From the NCBI RefSeq assembly GCF_004010195.1, contig NC_057752.1:4229626-4293625 (forward strand): DNA of 64,000 nucleotides, given 5' to 3'. The position numbers and the translations under genes were made by a program. This stretch comes from Chiloscyllium plagiosum (taxonomy: Eukaryota). Of the stretch, positions 48,103 to 60,751 are shown in pieces (the stretch's first letter is position 1; each line of letters opens with the position of its first letter). Under the pieces are notes generated by a model that saw nothing but the letters and a program-made list of their open reading frames with translations, ran no database searches and had not been told where the DNA came from.

Positions 48103-49018
48103 GAGATGCTGGTGCTGGACTGGAGTGTCCAAAGTTAAAAATCACACAATGCCAGGTTATAGTCCAACAGGTTTATTTGAAAATACCAGCTGTTGGAGCG
48201 CTGTCCCTTCGTCAGGTAGCTAGTGGAGCAGGATCATAAGACACAGAATTTATAGCACAAGATCATAGCGTCATGCAACTGAAATGATATATTGAACAAA
48301 CCTGGATCACTGTAAAGTCTTTCATCATTTAGAATGGGTTGCAGGTTTCCGTTCATTAATATGTAAATCCCAGAACTTCTTTCAAGTCATATTTCCAAGA
48401 TAACTTAAAGTTTTATTAAAAAAAGTGACGTCTCAGCTCAGACAATGCATTAAAGGTGTGAGGATTAGAGTCTGTCTGGATCCCAAACTTGAGTCAGATA
48501 GGTTCTATTTCCAAAGTAGGAATTTATAAAATGTTACATGGACTGACTGCCTGCAGGTTGTGTGCTTTTTGAGCAAAATAGAATGTATCTGCAAATACAA
48601 ATTCACCCCATAGGTGTATATGTGTGTGTGCGTGCATGTGAGGGAGACAAAGTGCGTGTGTGTGTGTGTGTGTGTAGGTGTGACCGAATATGTGACTGTG
48701 CGAGGGTGTGCATGCGGGTAAGTGTGGGCTTTTTAAAATAAAACCTTAAGTTATCTCGAGAATGTGCCTTGAAAGAAGTTCTGGGATTTGCATATTCATG
48801 AATCAAAACCTGCAACCCATTCTAAAAATGAAAGACTTAACAGCAATCTAGGTTTGTTCAATATATCATTTCAGTTGTATGATACTATGATCTTCTGCTA
48901 AATTGTATGTCCTATGATCCTGCCCCACTAGCTGCCTGATGAAGGCGCAGCACTCCAAAAGCTAATAATTCCAAATAAACCTGTTGGACTATAACCTGGT
49001 GTTGTGTGATTTTAAACT
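48103..49018. mobile_element. PLE-type element with ~285-bp inverted arms around a (TG)-rich centre
   Basis: ~48132-48418 is the reverse complement of ~48737-49018; degenerate hammerhead core cctgatgaaggcgcagcactccaaaagct near 48935. Confidence 0.65.
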
Positions 49019-49184
49019 GGTAACCAAGGCAGTGTTATCACTCATCATCCTAAAGCCCTCAGGGAGCTAAACCGGTCCAGCAACTTTACACAGGGAGTGG
49101 TATCCTCGCAATTGCTTCACTGTACCTACAATGAATATTGCTCCAAGCTGACACCACATCCACTCCACCCCCCCCCCCCCCAAC

Positions 49185-49555
49185 AACCTATGCACAGTAG
49201 CAGTAATGTGTACCATCTACAAGACACACTGCAACAACTCACTAAACCTCCTCAGACAGCACATTCCGAACGCATGACCACTTCCATCCAGAAAGACAAG
49301 GGCAACAGATACATAGGAACACTACCCCCTGCAAGTTTCCCTCCAAGCCACTTGCCTTGGAAATATATCACTGTTCCTTTAGTATAGTTAGGTCAAACTC
49401 CTGGCGCTCCCTCCCTAACAGCATTGTGGGTCTACCCACAACACATGGACTGTAGTGGTTCAAGAAGGCAGCTCATCCCCACCTTCTCAATGGGCAACTA
49501 GAAATGGGAAATAAATGCTGGCCCAGCCAGTGACCCCCATATCCTGTGCATGGAT
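49185..49555 (+). mobile_element. LINE 3' end (CR1/L2 group; reverse-complement relative at ~26775-27040)
   Basis: gtgtaccatctacaag..ggttcaagaaggcagctcat..ataaatgctggccc; the two regions match by eye. Confidence 0.55.
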
Positions 49556-49803
49556 TTAAGAGAGGAGATAAAAATAGAAATTTCTGGAAAAGCTCAGCAG
49601 GTCTGATAGCATCTGTGGGGAGAAATCAGAGTTAGCGTTTCGGGTCGAGTGATCCTCCCTCAGAACTCAAGCCCTTCCTCAGAATGTTAACTCTGAGTTT
49701 TGGATGGGATTAAGTTTTAAGGCGAATGATGGTAAAAAGTGAAAAGTGTTGTTTTGCAAACTGTACTGGCAGATCTTGCCATGCAATTGTGCAGAATACA
49801 GTG

Positions 49804-50510
49804 TTACAGCTGCAGAGAAGGTACAAAGACAGAGATCAGAAGGTTGCTTTGTGCGATGGACTGGCTTTGTTCGCAACTCTCTTTCTTATGGTCCTGAGCA
49901 GAACAGTTGCCATACAATGCTGTGATGCATCCGGATAGGATGCTTTCTATGGCACATCTGTAAAAATTGGTAAGAGTCCTTATGAACATGCTGAATTTCC
50001 ATAGCCTCCTGAGGGAGTAGAGACATTGTTGTGCTTTATTGCCCATCACATCAACGTGGGTGGACCAGGACAGATTGTTGGTGATCGTCACTCCCAGGGA
50101 CTTGATGCTGTCGACCCTCTCCATCTCAGCTCCATTGATGCAGACTGGGGCGTGCCCTCCACTCCCCTTCCTGAAGTCGATGACCAGCTCCTTCATTTTA
50201 CCGATATTGATGGAGAGATTGTTGTTGTTTTTACACCACGCCACTAAGCACGCAATCTCTTTTCATTGTTGTTTGAGATCCGACCTACAATGATGTTGTT
50301 GTTGCCGAACCTGGAAATGGAGTTGGGGTGAAATTTGGTCACAGAGTTGTGAGTGTATAAAGAGCACAGTAGGGGGCTGACGACATAGCCTTCCTGGGCA
50401 CTGGTGTTGAAGATTATGGTAGAGGAGGTGTTGTTGCCTATTTTTACTGATTACGGTCTATGTGTCAAGAAGTTGAGGATCCAGTTATGAACAGGGGAGC
50501 TGAGACATAG
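49804..50510 (-). mobile_element. Rex1/Babar-type LINE RT fragment
   Basis: AWCKNNNNLSINIGKMKELVIDFRK..LGVTITNNLSWSTH..KAQQCLYSLRRL..NFYRCAIESILSGCITA. Confidence 0.8.
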
Positions 50511-52251
50511 GTAAATATATGTGGATAATGTCCCAACTGCGGATGTATTTTTCAGTTTCTCCTTTCAAGAATATACAAGGACAGGGGTTAGAAGTCACTT
50601 TCAAATCTGTTGGTGCGTACAAATGAGCTGAGGTACTTGTGTGTGCTGGTGAGCTGAGTTGCTAATGCATAGTAGCCTGGGTTTGAGCACTAGTGTGCTG
50701 TGAGTGGCACAGCTGAAGAATCACTCACTAGTCACCCCTGCATTGCAGGTAAAAGTTATCCCTTGCTTCAAGTGTTAGAAGCCAAGTAGGCAGCATCAAA
50801 TGGAACCAGGACAAATAAATCTCAATCATCTTGCAAAGCCATGAATTTCAAAATTCACTGCTTAATTATCAACATTTCACTCTCTACTATTCACAGACAA
50901 TTCAGAGACTGATACATATATCTTTTGACTTGTATCGTGTTTATGGACCCACTTGCACATAGCATTATTATTTCTTCTCATGTCAAGGACTGATAAGCTC
51001 AGAAATCCTGGTTAAATTAGCTCCTTTTAAAAACATCAATCCATTGGTCCTGGAGAAAGGCATTCACAAGGGAAGGATCATTTCAAAATTAACATTCGTT
51101 GCATTATTCTCAACTGAGGTGACAGTGGGTGTGGGGGAGTGAATGAGGAAAGGGAGCCAGTTCATCTGTCTGTACCCTGAAGCTTAATTATTTGGGATAT
51201 CCCATCTAGACCCCTTGCCCAGCATCCCGTCATAACAAAATAGGGGCTTGTGACCGCACATTGCATCCACAGATGAAACCAATAAATTAGAGTGGGTGAG
51301 TTGTCTTTGGAAACCATTTTTAATAAACATACTGCAAAATGTTTACTTGAGTTTGTAGTGCTACAAAATGGAGATGTCCACATTTGATGTCAGTGCATTG
51401 CAGTAGGATTTATGGAAGTCACTCCTAAGGACTTCAAAATTCTGTCTGTCAAAACAGTTAAAAGATACAATGAGGCACTTGGGATTAGCATTTTGCCTGA
51501 GAGTCAGAAAACCTCATATTTTCAAATGGGTATCTAGTAGGATGCAGGTGGAAACAGGGGACGATGAAACCAAAAGAGTCATGGTAGAGAGCACCAGAAG
51601 TTAGAATTTCAAGAGAAAGCAAAGGTAAGGGTAAAAAAGAGCGAGAGAGAATGAAGAGAGAGAGAGAGGCAGGGGAAAGAGAGCAATGAGCAAAGAAAGA
51701 AGAAAAAGAATTTCCTGAAAAAAAGTTCAGGAAAGGGAATCTGAACTAAGACAGTGTCGGAGCAAATTACTGCGGATATTGGCTTTTGTACTGAAAACAA
51801 CAAATTCTGGTGATCACAGCAAGTCAGACAGCAGCCATGAGCTAAGACAGCACAAACTGAGGGCCAGGAATCCCACTATGCCCTAAGAAGAGACCATTGG
51901 CTCAGATCTAAGGATGAAAGCCACTCAATGTGGTCATTTAATTCCTAAGTTTAGGGGGTAGAGATGTATCCCTTTTGAGTAGCACACCAGTTAAAGTGGC
52001 CAATCCAGCCTTGGTCTTTATAATAGTGTAAGCTTCCAGGGAAAGAAGATGAGCTTTGCTCCCTCTTGCCTGAGAAAGCAACACTGATTATAAAGCAGTA
52101 AAAATGACTATCTTAAATTCATACCACGTAGTGTGGGAGGTGTACTGTCAGGAACCCTGTCCCCTCATGAAATGACCTGACCAGACAACTGAAATTTGAA
52201 AGGTTTAGGCAGCCTGCTTATGACCAGTGTCTATGGACACTTAAGTAAGAA

Positions 52252-52963
52252 CCCCACTGGTCCTCACCTACCACCCCACCAATCTCCATGTACAACGCAT
52301 CATCCGCCGTCACTTCCGCCACCTCCAAACAGACCCCAGCACCAAGGATATATTTCCCTCCCCTCCCCTATCAGCTTTCCGTAGAGACCACTCCATCCGT
52401 AGGGAGGTCCGTTGCTGGAGGCTGCGGATTTGTTGCAGGTACTGGTAGTCCTGGTTGGGTCCAAATTGTGTTGGTCGGAAGGTGATCTGGAGTCCATGGG
52501 GGATCAGTCGGTTCCGTAGGCTGGTGTTGAGAAAGGAGATATGGCTGTGGTAACGAGTCTGGTTCAGAATGTGGCTGAAGAGCTTCTGTGCAGAGGAGAT
52601 GACCTGGGGTGTGCAGTGAGAGAGGGACTCACTGAAATCTTTGTAGAGAGAGGCAGAGAGCTTCTTCAAGGAAGGCCTTCCTGACCTGCAGTCTTCTTCT
52701 TGACCTCTCCGCCTCCATCCTACTCCGACCTATCACCCTCACCTTGACCTCTTTCCACCTATCACATTTCCAACGCCCCTCCTCCAAGTCCCTCCTCCCT
52801 ACCTTTTATCTTCTCCTGCTGAACACTCTCTGCTCATTCCTGAAGAAGGGCCTGTGCCCGAAACATCGAATCTCCTGTTCCCTGGATGCTGCCTGACCTG
52901 CTGTGCTGTTCCAGCAATAAAGTTTCAACTTTGATCTCCAGCATCTGCAGACCTCACTTTCTC
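52252..52963. mobile_element. Rearranged PLE family A insertion (ORF pieces in both orientations plus terminal repeat)
   Basis: 14-bp TSD cacttaagtaagaa at 52238-52251 and 52964-52977; hammerhead motif attc-CTGAAGA-A-GGGC(ctgt)GCCC-GAAAC-ATC-gaat at 52836-52871. Confidence 0.8.
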
Positions 52964-54049
52964 CACTTAAGTAAGAAGCTACTTATGGAAACCTCTGCGA
53001 AAAAATTCTGCTGGAGGAGTTGAACAATGACCTCTCCTTCCCAACAGGAAGATCCCTGGAGGAACATTGAGGAACTGGCTCAGAGCAAGCTGCCACACTG
53101 GCGGATGATGATGGGGTATCCTGTCTGGAACTGCAATACATGGTGAATTTCACTGGGTTCCGTTAGTAACGCAGATGACACTCCGAAGCTGTGGGGAGAT
53201 AGTGCTGCACTGTCAGAGGAGCCATTCAATGTACAACTAGAATAAAAGCTCAGGAGATTTTTCTGATGTCCTGACTAACGTTTATTGAGCGAGAGGGGAG
53301 TCAATCTGTGGAATCCTTTGCTGCAGAAGGCTGTAGAGATTGAGTCAATAAGTATATTCAAGGCTGAGATAGATTCTTAATCAGGAAGGGAGTCAAGGGT
53401 AATGGGGAAAAGGTAGGAAAGTGATCAGATCAGCCATGACCTCATTACATGGTGGAGCAATGGACTGAATGGCCGATATTTGTTCCTTTGTCTTGAAATC
53501 TTAACTCTCAAGTGACATCATTAAACAGACATTATTTCTTTCTATCGAAAGAACACTGTGTAGCAAATATCATAAACAGCAATGTATAATTCTTTTTAAT
53601 TCAGATCTGGGGGGTAGTCTTTAAAATGTAAATAAACTTTAATACAAGAGGTGGAATGAATTGGTAGATATCATAACCAAATTGCTGTTCATTTAAAGGT
53701 AAACCCTGCCACCTGCAGGCCAATAGTGAATCTAACAATCACTGAGTCTCTCGATCCCTGTCTTGTTTCTGGAACAAGCAATTGCAGTTGGTTAATATCT
53801 TACTAATTCCTTTTGATTGCAAATATATGAGTTGAGGAAGAAGCCTCACAGTCTGCACACTTTGGAAAAGGTGACTGAAAATCAAGGAAAAATGTTTTAC
53901 ATCAATACAGCAGACTTCTCAAAGCACTTCACAGCCTATGAAGTAATATGTATCATAATAGCTAACCTCTGCACAGCAAGCTCTCATCATTGCCTGGCAT
54001 TTGTGTGGCATACATGTTACTTGTTACGTATTGGCAAAAACCTGGATAT

Positions 54050-55260
54050 CGTTCAGTGTTTACTGCATTTGAACATGGACTGCTTCAGTATCTGAGAAGT
54101 CGTGAATGATACTGGACATTGTGTAATCATTGGTGAACATCCCCACTTCTGACCTTGTGATGGAGGGAAGGTCATTGATGAAGCAGCTGAAGATGGTTGC
54201 CCCCTAGGATACTACCCTGAGGAACTCCTGCAGAGATGTCCTGGAGCTGAAATGACTGTCCTCCAGCAACCATGACCATCTTCTTATGAGTCATGTATGA
54301 CTCCAACCAGAGGAGAGTTTTTCCCTGATTCCCAGTGATTTCAGGTTTGCCAGGGCTCCTTGATGCCACACTTGGTCGAATACAGCCTTGATGTTAAGGG
54401 CTGTCACTCTCCCCTCCCCTCTGGAATTCAGCTCTTTTGTCCATGTTTGAACCAAGGCTGTAATGAGGTCAGGAGCTGAGTGACCCCGGTGGAACCCAAA
54501 CTGGGTGTCACTGAGCAGGTTATTGCTGAGCAGGTGCTGCTTGATAGCACAGTGGGTGACACCTTCCATCACTTTACTGATGATCGAGAGTAGACTGATG
54601 CGGTGGTAATTGATCAGGTTGGGTTTGTGTACCGGACATACCTGGGCAATTTCCCACATTGTCGGTTGGACGTCAGTGTTGTAACTGTACTGGACCAGCT
54701 TGGCTAGGGGAGCGGCAAGGTTGGGAGCACAAGCCTTCAGTACACTTGCTGGAATGTGGTCAGGGCCCTTAGCCTTTGCAGTATCCAGTGTCTCTGACCA
54801 TTTCTTGGCATCACATGGAGTGAATCAAATTGGTTGAAGACTGGTTTCTGTAATGGGGGGGGGGGGGAACCACTGGAGGAGGCTAAGATGGATCATCAAT
54901 TCAGCACTTCTGGCTGAAGATTGTACTAAATGGTTTAGCTTTGATGTGGCAGGACTGCAGATCTTAGATCTGATCCATTGGTTGTGGGATCGCTTATTTT
55001 TGTCTGTCATTTGCTGCTTATGCTATTTTGTCTTTTGCAACTTCACCAGGTTGACACCTCATCTTCAGGTATGCCTGGTGCTGCTCCTGGCATGCCCTCC
55101 CGCACTCTCCATTGAACCAGGGTTGGTCCCCTGGCTTGATGGTAATGGTTGAGTGGAGGATATGCCAGGCCATGTTACAGATTATGCTGGAGTACAGTTC
55201 TGCTGCTGTTGATGGCCCGCAGCACCTCATGGGATGTCCAGCTTTGAGCTGCTAGATTTG
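54050..55260 (-). mobile_element. CR1/L2-group LINE RT fragment (distinct family)
   Basis: WEIAQVCPVHK..NYHRISLLSIISKVMEG..QFGF..ALNIKAVFDQVWH..AGVPQGSILG. Confidence 0.8.
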
Positions 55261-56844
55261 TTTTCAGTTTTTTCATTAGGAACCTTCCAATGTGATGCGT
55301 TTTTGCTGGCGTGAACCTATGATCCCTCCACAGAATATTCTGGATCAATTTTTCCATCCCGCTAATGTTCTTGTCAGAGTTCTGTCATATCTCTTTTCCG
55401 TTCCTGTCTTTCCATGGCCCGCCCCCATTTCCTATATTTGCATATTGCTTTAATATTGTTCGAGGATTGGTGCATCATGTTGGACACCTACGTGCTTTGG
55501 CTAAATACATAAACAAAGAAACAAGTTCGAATTGTGTAATAAGCGAAATCAAAAGGTTGTGACTTCCTCAGCCAGCGCAGTGTTAAATAAACATGTCTCA
55601 TTTATGCTGGAGGATGGAAAGATAGCGCTCAGTCATTTTGCTCAATGGTGAGATGCACATGAAGTTTTAACAAGAGTTTTTTAAAAAAAATCAAATGAAA
55701 TCTGCTAAAAAGAACGTCAAATGCAGTTAAAATGATCTTTAGCTGTTGATTTGTGGAAACTCTTACATTGCCATCATTTTCATGAATTGCTTTGTGAATG
55801 CAAAGTCTCTGTCACATGATTGAATTGACAAATAGCAGCTCGTCATGATTAGCTGGGTGTTGGAAACGCCCCCACTGACTGCATGCAAATTCTGGGTGAG
55901 GCACCTATCTCCTTTGCCTGTCAGCCCGGTTTGGCGTGAGCAGAACGTTGTGCACTCCAAGGGGGAATTCAGATTGCAATCGGCCTTAACCCTGCCCCAG
56001 GTGGTCTGTGTGCTGCCCTACTCTAAACTGGGTCGAAAACATCACTTTGGTCGGAGTGGGATCTTTTCAGTTTGTGCTGAGAGTTGGTGTCTGGTATTCA
56101 ATATCAAGTTGATACAAAAACTCACGTCACAGGAGCAAAGGTTCAACTGGCAAACTCCTCCTCCTTCTGAGGCAATCCTTGGGATTAGGGATGACTTGGT
56201 TCTGCAGTATGATGGGTTCTGAGGTGCCTGATGAATACAATCTTCTCAAACAAATGGGAAGCAGTGTTCGAAGAGCTTGGTAGATGGGTTGTCCCCTCAA
56301 ATGAACCTTGGTTGGTCAGTCTCTCAGTCGCTGACCTCTTGAGTGGTCCTTTGAGAATCTCCCTTCGGTGGGTTCCACTTTCCTCCTGGGAATGTCCTGC
56401 TTTGTTTTGCAGTGCCTGTTGTCCACATTTCGGAGCACAGGGAACCCTATTTCCCAGTAAACCATTTCCATCGTCTGTGTAAACAATGCAGTGTCATCTT
56501 CCTTCATAAAGATTCAAGTTTAATCCAGATTGGCAGCATGTATGGAGAGAGAGAAACAGAGTTAACACTTTGATGATTTTTATGACTGAAGAGTTTCTGA
56601 AGATGAGCCATAACAGATCTGAAAAGTTTACTCTGATTCTCTCTCTCTCACACCTGACCTGCTGAGTTCCTCCAGCATTCTACATGTTTCTTTCAGATTT
56701 CCCAGCACCCGCAGGACTTGCTTTTATTCCAGTCTTGTAGTGATAGTTATGATATATCACTTCAATCAAAGATGTTGTTTTTGCCACAGAGAGGCAGTAT
56801 TGCTTAAGAAAACAGGGATATCAAATTGCTTTCCATTAATAGTT

Positions 56845-57372
56845 GTAGAGTCATACAGCACGGAAACAGACCCTTCGGCCCAACCAGTCCATGCCGACCA
56901 TGTTCCCAAACTAAACTCGTCCCACCTGCCTGCTCCTAGCCCACATCCCTCCAAACCTTTCTTATTCATGTACTTATCTAAACTGTACCCACGTCCACCA
57001 CTTCCTCAGCAAGTTCATTCCACACGCGAACCACCCTGTGTGTAAAAAGGTTGTCCCTCATGTCTTTTTAAAATCTCTCTCCTCTCACCTTAACAATGTG
57101 CCCCCTAGTCTTTCAATCCCCCATCCTAGGGAAAAGACACCATCTATACCTCTCATGATTTTATAAACCTCTATATGGTCACCTCTCAACCTCCTACGCT
57201 CCAGTCAAATACATTCCAACATGGACAGCCTTTCTCTATAACTCAAACCTTCCATACCTGGCAACATCCTGGTAATTCTCTTCTGAACCCTCTCCAGCTG
57301 AATAATATCCTTCCTATAACAGGGCGACCAGAACTGGACACAGTACTGCAGAAGAGGCCTCACCAATGTCCT
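56845..57372 (-). mobile_element. CR1 LINE 3' end
   Basis: LYRTLVRPLLQYCVQFWSPCYRKD..RVQKRITRMLPG plus tail. Confidence 0.85.
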
Positions 57373-57505
57373 GTACAACCTCATGTTTTTACCACTGAAA
57401 TAACTGCCGAGAGGGCAGTATCCCGTCACCAAATCCCCCTTTATTTACATGTGGAGAGTCCTGATCCAGCTCCCTCAGAGGCAGCTCTCCCTGGCCCTGC
57501 TGTTT

Positions 57506-57794
57506 ATTGTTTTTTCCCTGATTTTTAAAAATTTTATTAAACAATACACAGTTTACAAAAAAAGTGAACATTAACAGCTGTATACAGAGAAACAGAAATT
57601 TTACAAGGGAGAGGGGCGGCAAAGCCAGACCCCAAATCCTACTGCTCAACCAGTTTACAGGGAAATGAGGACAAACCTCAAATCCTACTTTCCATCATTA
57701 CAACACAGCAACAATTTGTACATATAAGACAGTCCAATGACATAAACAAACAGTACATACAACACAGACCTCCAGCAAGCCTGCTGTTCCCTCC
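57506..57794 (-). mobile_element. Poly(A)-tailed retroposed 3'-UTR-like insert inside the 3' LTR of copy 2
   Basis: T-rich UTR-like sequence ending ttaataaaatttttaaaaatcagggaaaaaac on minus; flanked by aaacaggagtg and a degenerate aaacagcagggccagg. Confidence 0.65.
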
Positions 57795-58162
57795 CACTCC
57801 TGTTTCTATCTGTCAGCTAGGGCTCCCTGAGTAGACCAGGTTAACAGCCCCAATCAGGGAACTCACAGTCAATGAGGTCCATCGGTTAACCTCATTACAA
57901 TCATGACATCCCTCCCCCTCTAAGTCCGGGCACATAGGCCTGTTCTTTTTCTTATAGCCTCTCCTGGGGCGTATTTGCAGCACATCTGGTTCCTCTGACT
58001 CAGACTCGGATACAGATGGTGATACTGGACTATAGCCCGCCTCTTGTGCTTGAAGCATCTCGGAAGAAATTCATCCTCTTCTTCAGGTGGTAAACTGGTC
58101 CAGGCAGTGGCATCCGCTGTGTCCATCTCAGATTCTGAGGTCTCTTTGGTATGAGAGAGAAC

Positions 58163-58484
58163 CCATCGAATCCTTACAGTGTGGAAACAGGCCCTTCAGC
58201 CCAACAAGTCCACACTGACCCTCCAAAGAGTAACCCACCCAGACCCATTCCTTGACCCTATTACTCTACATTTATCCCTGACTAATGCAGTTAACCTACA
58301 TAGCCCTGGACACTATCGGCAATTTATCTTGGCCATCATCCTAACTTGCACATCTTTGGACTGCGGGAGGAAACCTACACAGACACGGGGAGAATGTGCA
58401 AACTCCACACAGACAGTGGCCCAAGGAGGGAATCGGACCTGAGTCCCTGGCGCTGTGAGGCAACAGTGCTAATCACTGAGCCAC
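58163..58484 (-). mobile_element. HE1-like SINE nested in Gypsy copy 2
   Basis: Homologous to 37323-37578; head gtggctcagtgattagcactgttgcctcacagcgcc. Confidence 0.8.
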
Positions 58485-58985
58485 GATTTCTGACAGTCTT
58501 TCCGCTGTTCTGAGGGGCCAGGTATGTTTTGCTCTCACATCATTTGCAAGGTTGGACCTTTCATGTGATCCATGTGGTTGATCCGGACTGCCTCACCTGC
58601 CCAAAGTTTGTACATCACAGGACCTGGCCTCTCATTGATCATGCCTCTCACCCATTCAAGGCCATTTCCATGGTCCCTGCACCAAACATCATCCCCTGAA
58701 GTAAATTGTCTTTCTCACTTTGCGGAAACTTGTTTCTGGCGTTGGCATTCCTGATGCCATTTAATCCTCCCATGCCCAAGGTCTGGAAAGATCAGGTTTA
58801 ACCTGATGTGTAGTCTTCTTCCCATTAGCAGCTCAGCTGGAGCTCTCCCTGAAGTTACATGGCGGATGGTCCGATAATCAACTAGGAACTGGGACAGCTT
58901 GGCATTGAGAGAAGGCTGTTCCTTCACAACTGCCTTCAAAGTTTGGAATGTTCTTTTGATGGATGGTATATCCTTATATGATGAA

Positions 58986-59191
58986 TAGAGACAAAAACAG
59001 AACTGCAGATGCTGGTATCCAAGGTAGACAGGCAAGGAGGCTGGAAGAACACAGCAAGCCAGGCAGCATCGGGAGATGGAGAAGTCAACATTTCAGGTGT
59101 AACCCTTCTTCAGGACCCGAAACGCCGACTTCTCCACCTCCTGGTGTTACCTGGCTTGCTGTGTTCTTCCAGCCTCCTGCCTGTCCACTTC
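58986..59191. mobile_element. PLE-type hairpin insertion in integrase
   Basis: Inverted arms aggaggctggaagaacacagcaagccagg / cctggcttgctgtgttcttccagcctcct; TSD tatga(t/c)gaat; minus-strand gtc-CTGAAGA-A-GGGT(tac)ACCT-GAAAT-GTT-gac. Confidence 0.7.
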
Positions 59192-59829
59192 TATGACGAA
59201 TGCCAGTTGACTTTAGGAAATACTCAAAATCCCTGCTGGTAAGTGATGGCTGGCTATCTGTGAGCAACACTTCCGGGAGTCAGTGTATGGCAAAAGACGT
59301 CCGTAGTATTTTTCTATCGTTGTCCTTGTGTATGACAAATGAACTCTATGTCCAACCACTTTGAGTGGGCATCCACAATACTAAGAACATGGAGCCCACA
59401 AAAGGGCTGGCATAGTCAATGTGTAACTGAGGTAGGGTTTATCTGGCCATTGTCAGGAATATGGAGACTTTGTTGGCACTTTGGCAGTGCCACACCAATG
59501 CAGCCATGTCTGCATCTAATCCTGGCCACCGGGCATAACCTCTCGCCAATCTCTTCATTTCAGACAACCCTGGATCATCCTGCTGGAGTTCAGCCAGTAT
59601 CTGGCAGTGACCTTTACTTGGGATAATCACTCTTGCTCCCCATAATAATATGCTGTCCTCTACAGTGACCTGGTCTCACCGTGTCCATAAAGGTTTCATT
59701 TCTGGTTGTGATGGCCCTTTTGTTTCCTCCATCACCACCAGTTTCATCAGGACCGGACCCTTTTGCGCCCACAGGCAGATATTGTCAGCGGTGACCAGAA
59801 AGGTGTGCAGAAAATTTAAAAGCAGAATG

Positions 59830-60751
59830 GGGTGATGGTGGAGGGTTGTTTTTCAGAGTGGAGGCCTGTGACCAGTGGAGTGCCACAAGGATCGGTGCTG
59901 GGTCCACTACTTTTCATCATTTATATAAATGATTTGGATGTGAACATAGGAGGTATGGTTCGTAAGTTTGCAGATGAGTCCAACATTGGAGGTGTAGTGG
60001 ACAATGAAGAAGGTTACCTCAGGGTACAACAGGATCTTGATCAGATGGGCCAATGAGCTGAGAAGTGGCAGATGGAGTTTAATTTAGATAAATGTGAGGT
60101 GCTGCATTTTGGGAAAGCAAATCAGAGCAGGACTTATACACTTAATGGTAAGATCCTGGGGAGTGTTGCTGAACAAAGAGACCTTGGAGTGCAGGTTCAT
60201 AGCTCCTTGAAAGTAGAGTCGCAGGTAGATAGGATAGTGAAGAAGATGTTTGGTATGCTTTCCTTTATTGGTCAGAGTATTGAGTACATGAGTTGGGAGG
60301 TCATGTTGCGGCTGTACAAGGACATTGGTTCGGCCACTTTTGGAATATTGCATTCAATTCTGGTCTCCTTCCTATTAGAAGGATGTTGTGAAACCTGANN
60401 NNNNNNNNNNNNNNNNNNNNNAAATAGGCAAGGTCTTTTTCCTGGGGTGGGGGAGTCCAGAACTAGAGGGCATAGGTTTAGGGTGTGTGGGGAATAATTT
60501 AAAAGGATCTTAAGGGGCAACTTTTTCACACAGAGCGTGGTGCATGTATGGAATGAGCTGCCAGAGGAAGTGGTGGAGGCTGGTACAATTACAGCATTTA
60601 AAAGGCAGCTGGGTGGGTATATGAATAGGAAGGGTTTGGAGGGATATGGGCCGGGTGCTGGCAAATGGGACTAGATTAGGTTAGGATATCTGGTCAGCAT
60701 GGACGGTTTGACCCAAGGGTCTGTTTCCCGTGCTGTACATTTCTATGACTC
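59830..60751 (+). mobile_element. CR1 LINE 3' part inserted in pol of Gypsy copy 2
   Basis: VTSGVPQGSVLGPLLF..FADE..MEFNLDKCEVLHFG; Gypsy sequence resumes on both sides. Confidence 0.9.

Noticed and set aside
56126..56474. Possible minus-strand exon (acacag| ... |gtgagt) with a ~95-codon open frame
   Set aside because: The peptide is not keratin-like or otherwise recognisable and stops before the donor; unsupported without RNA data.
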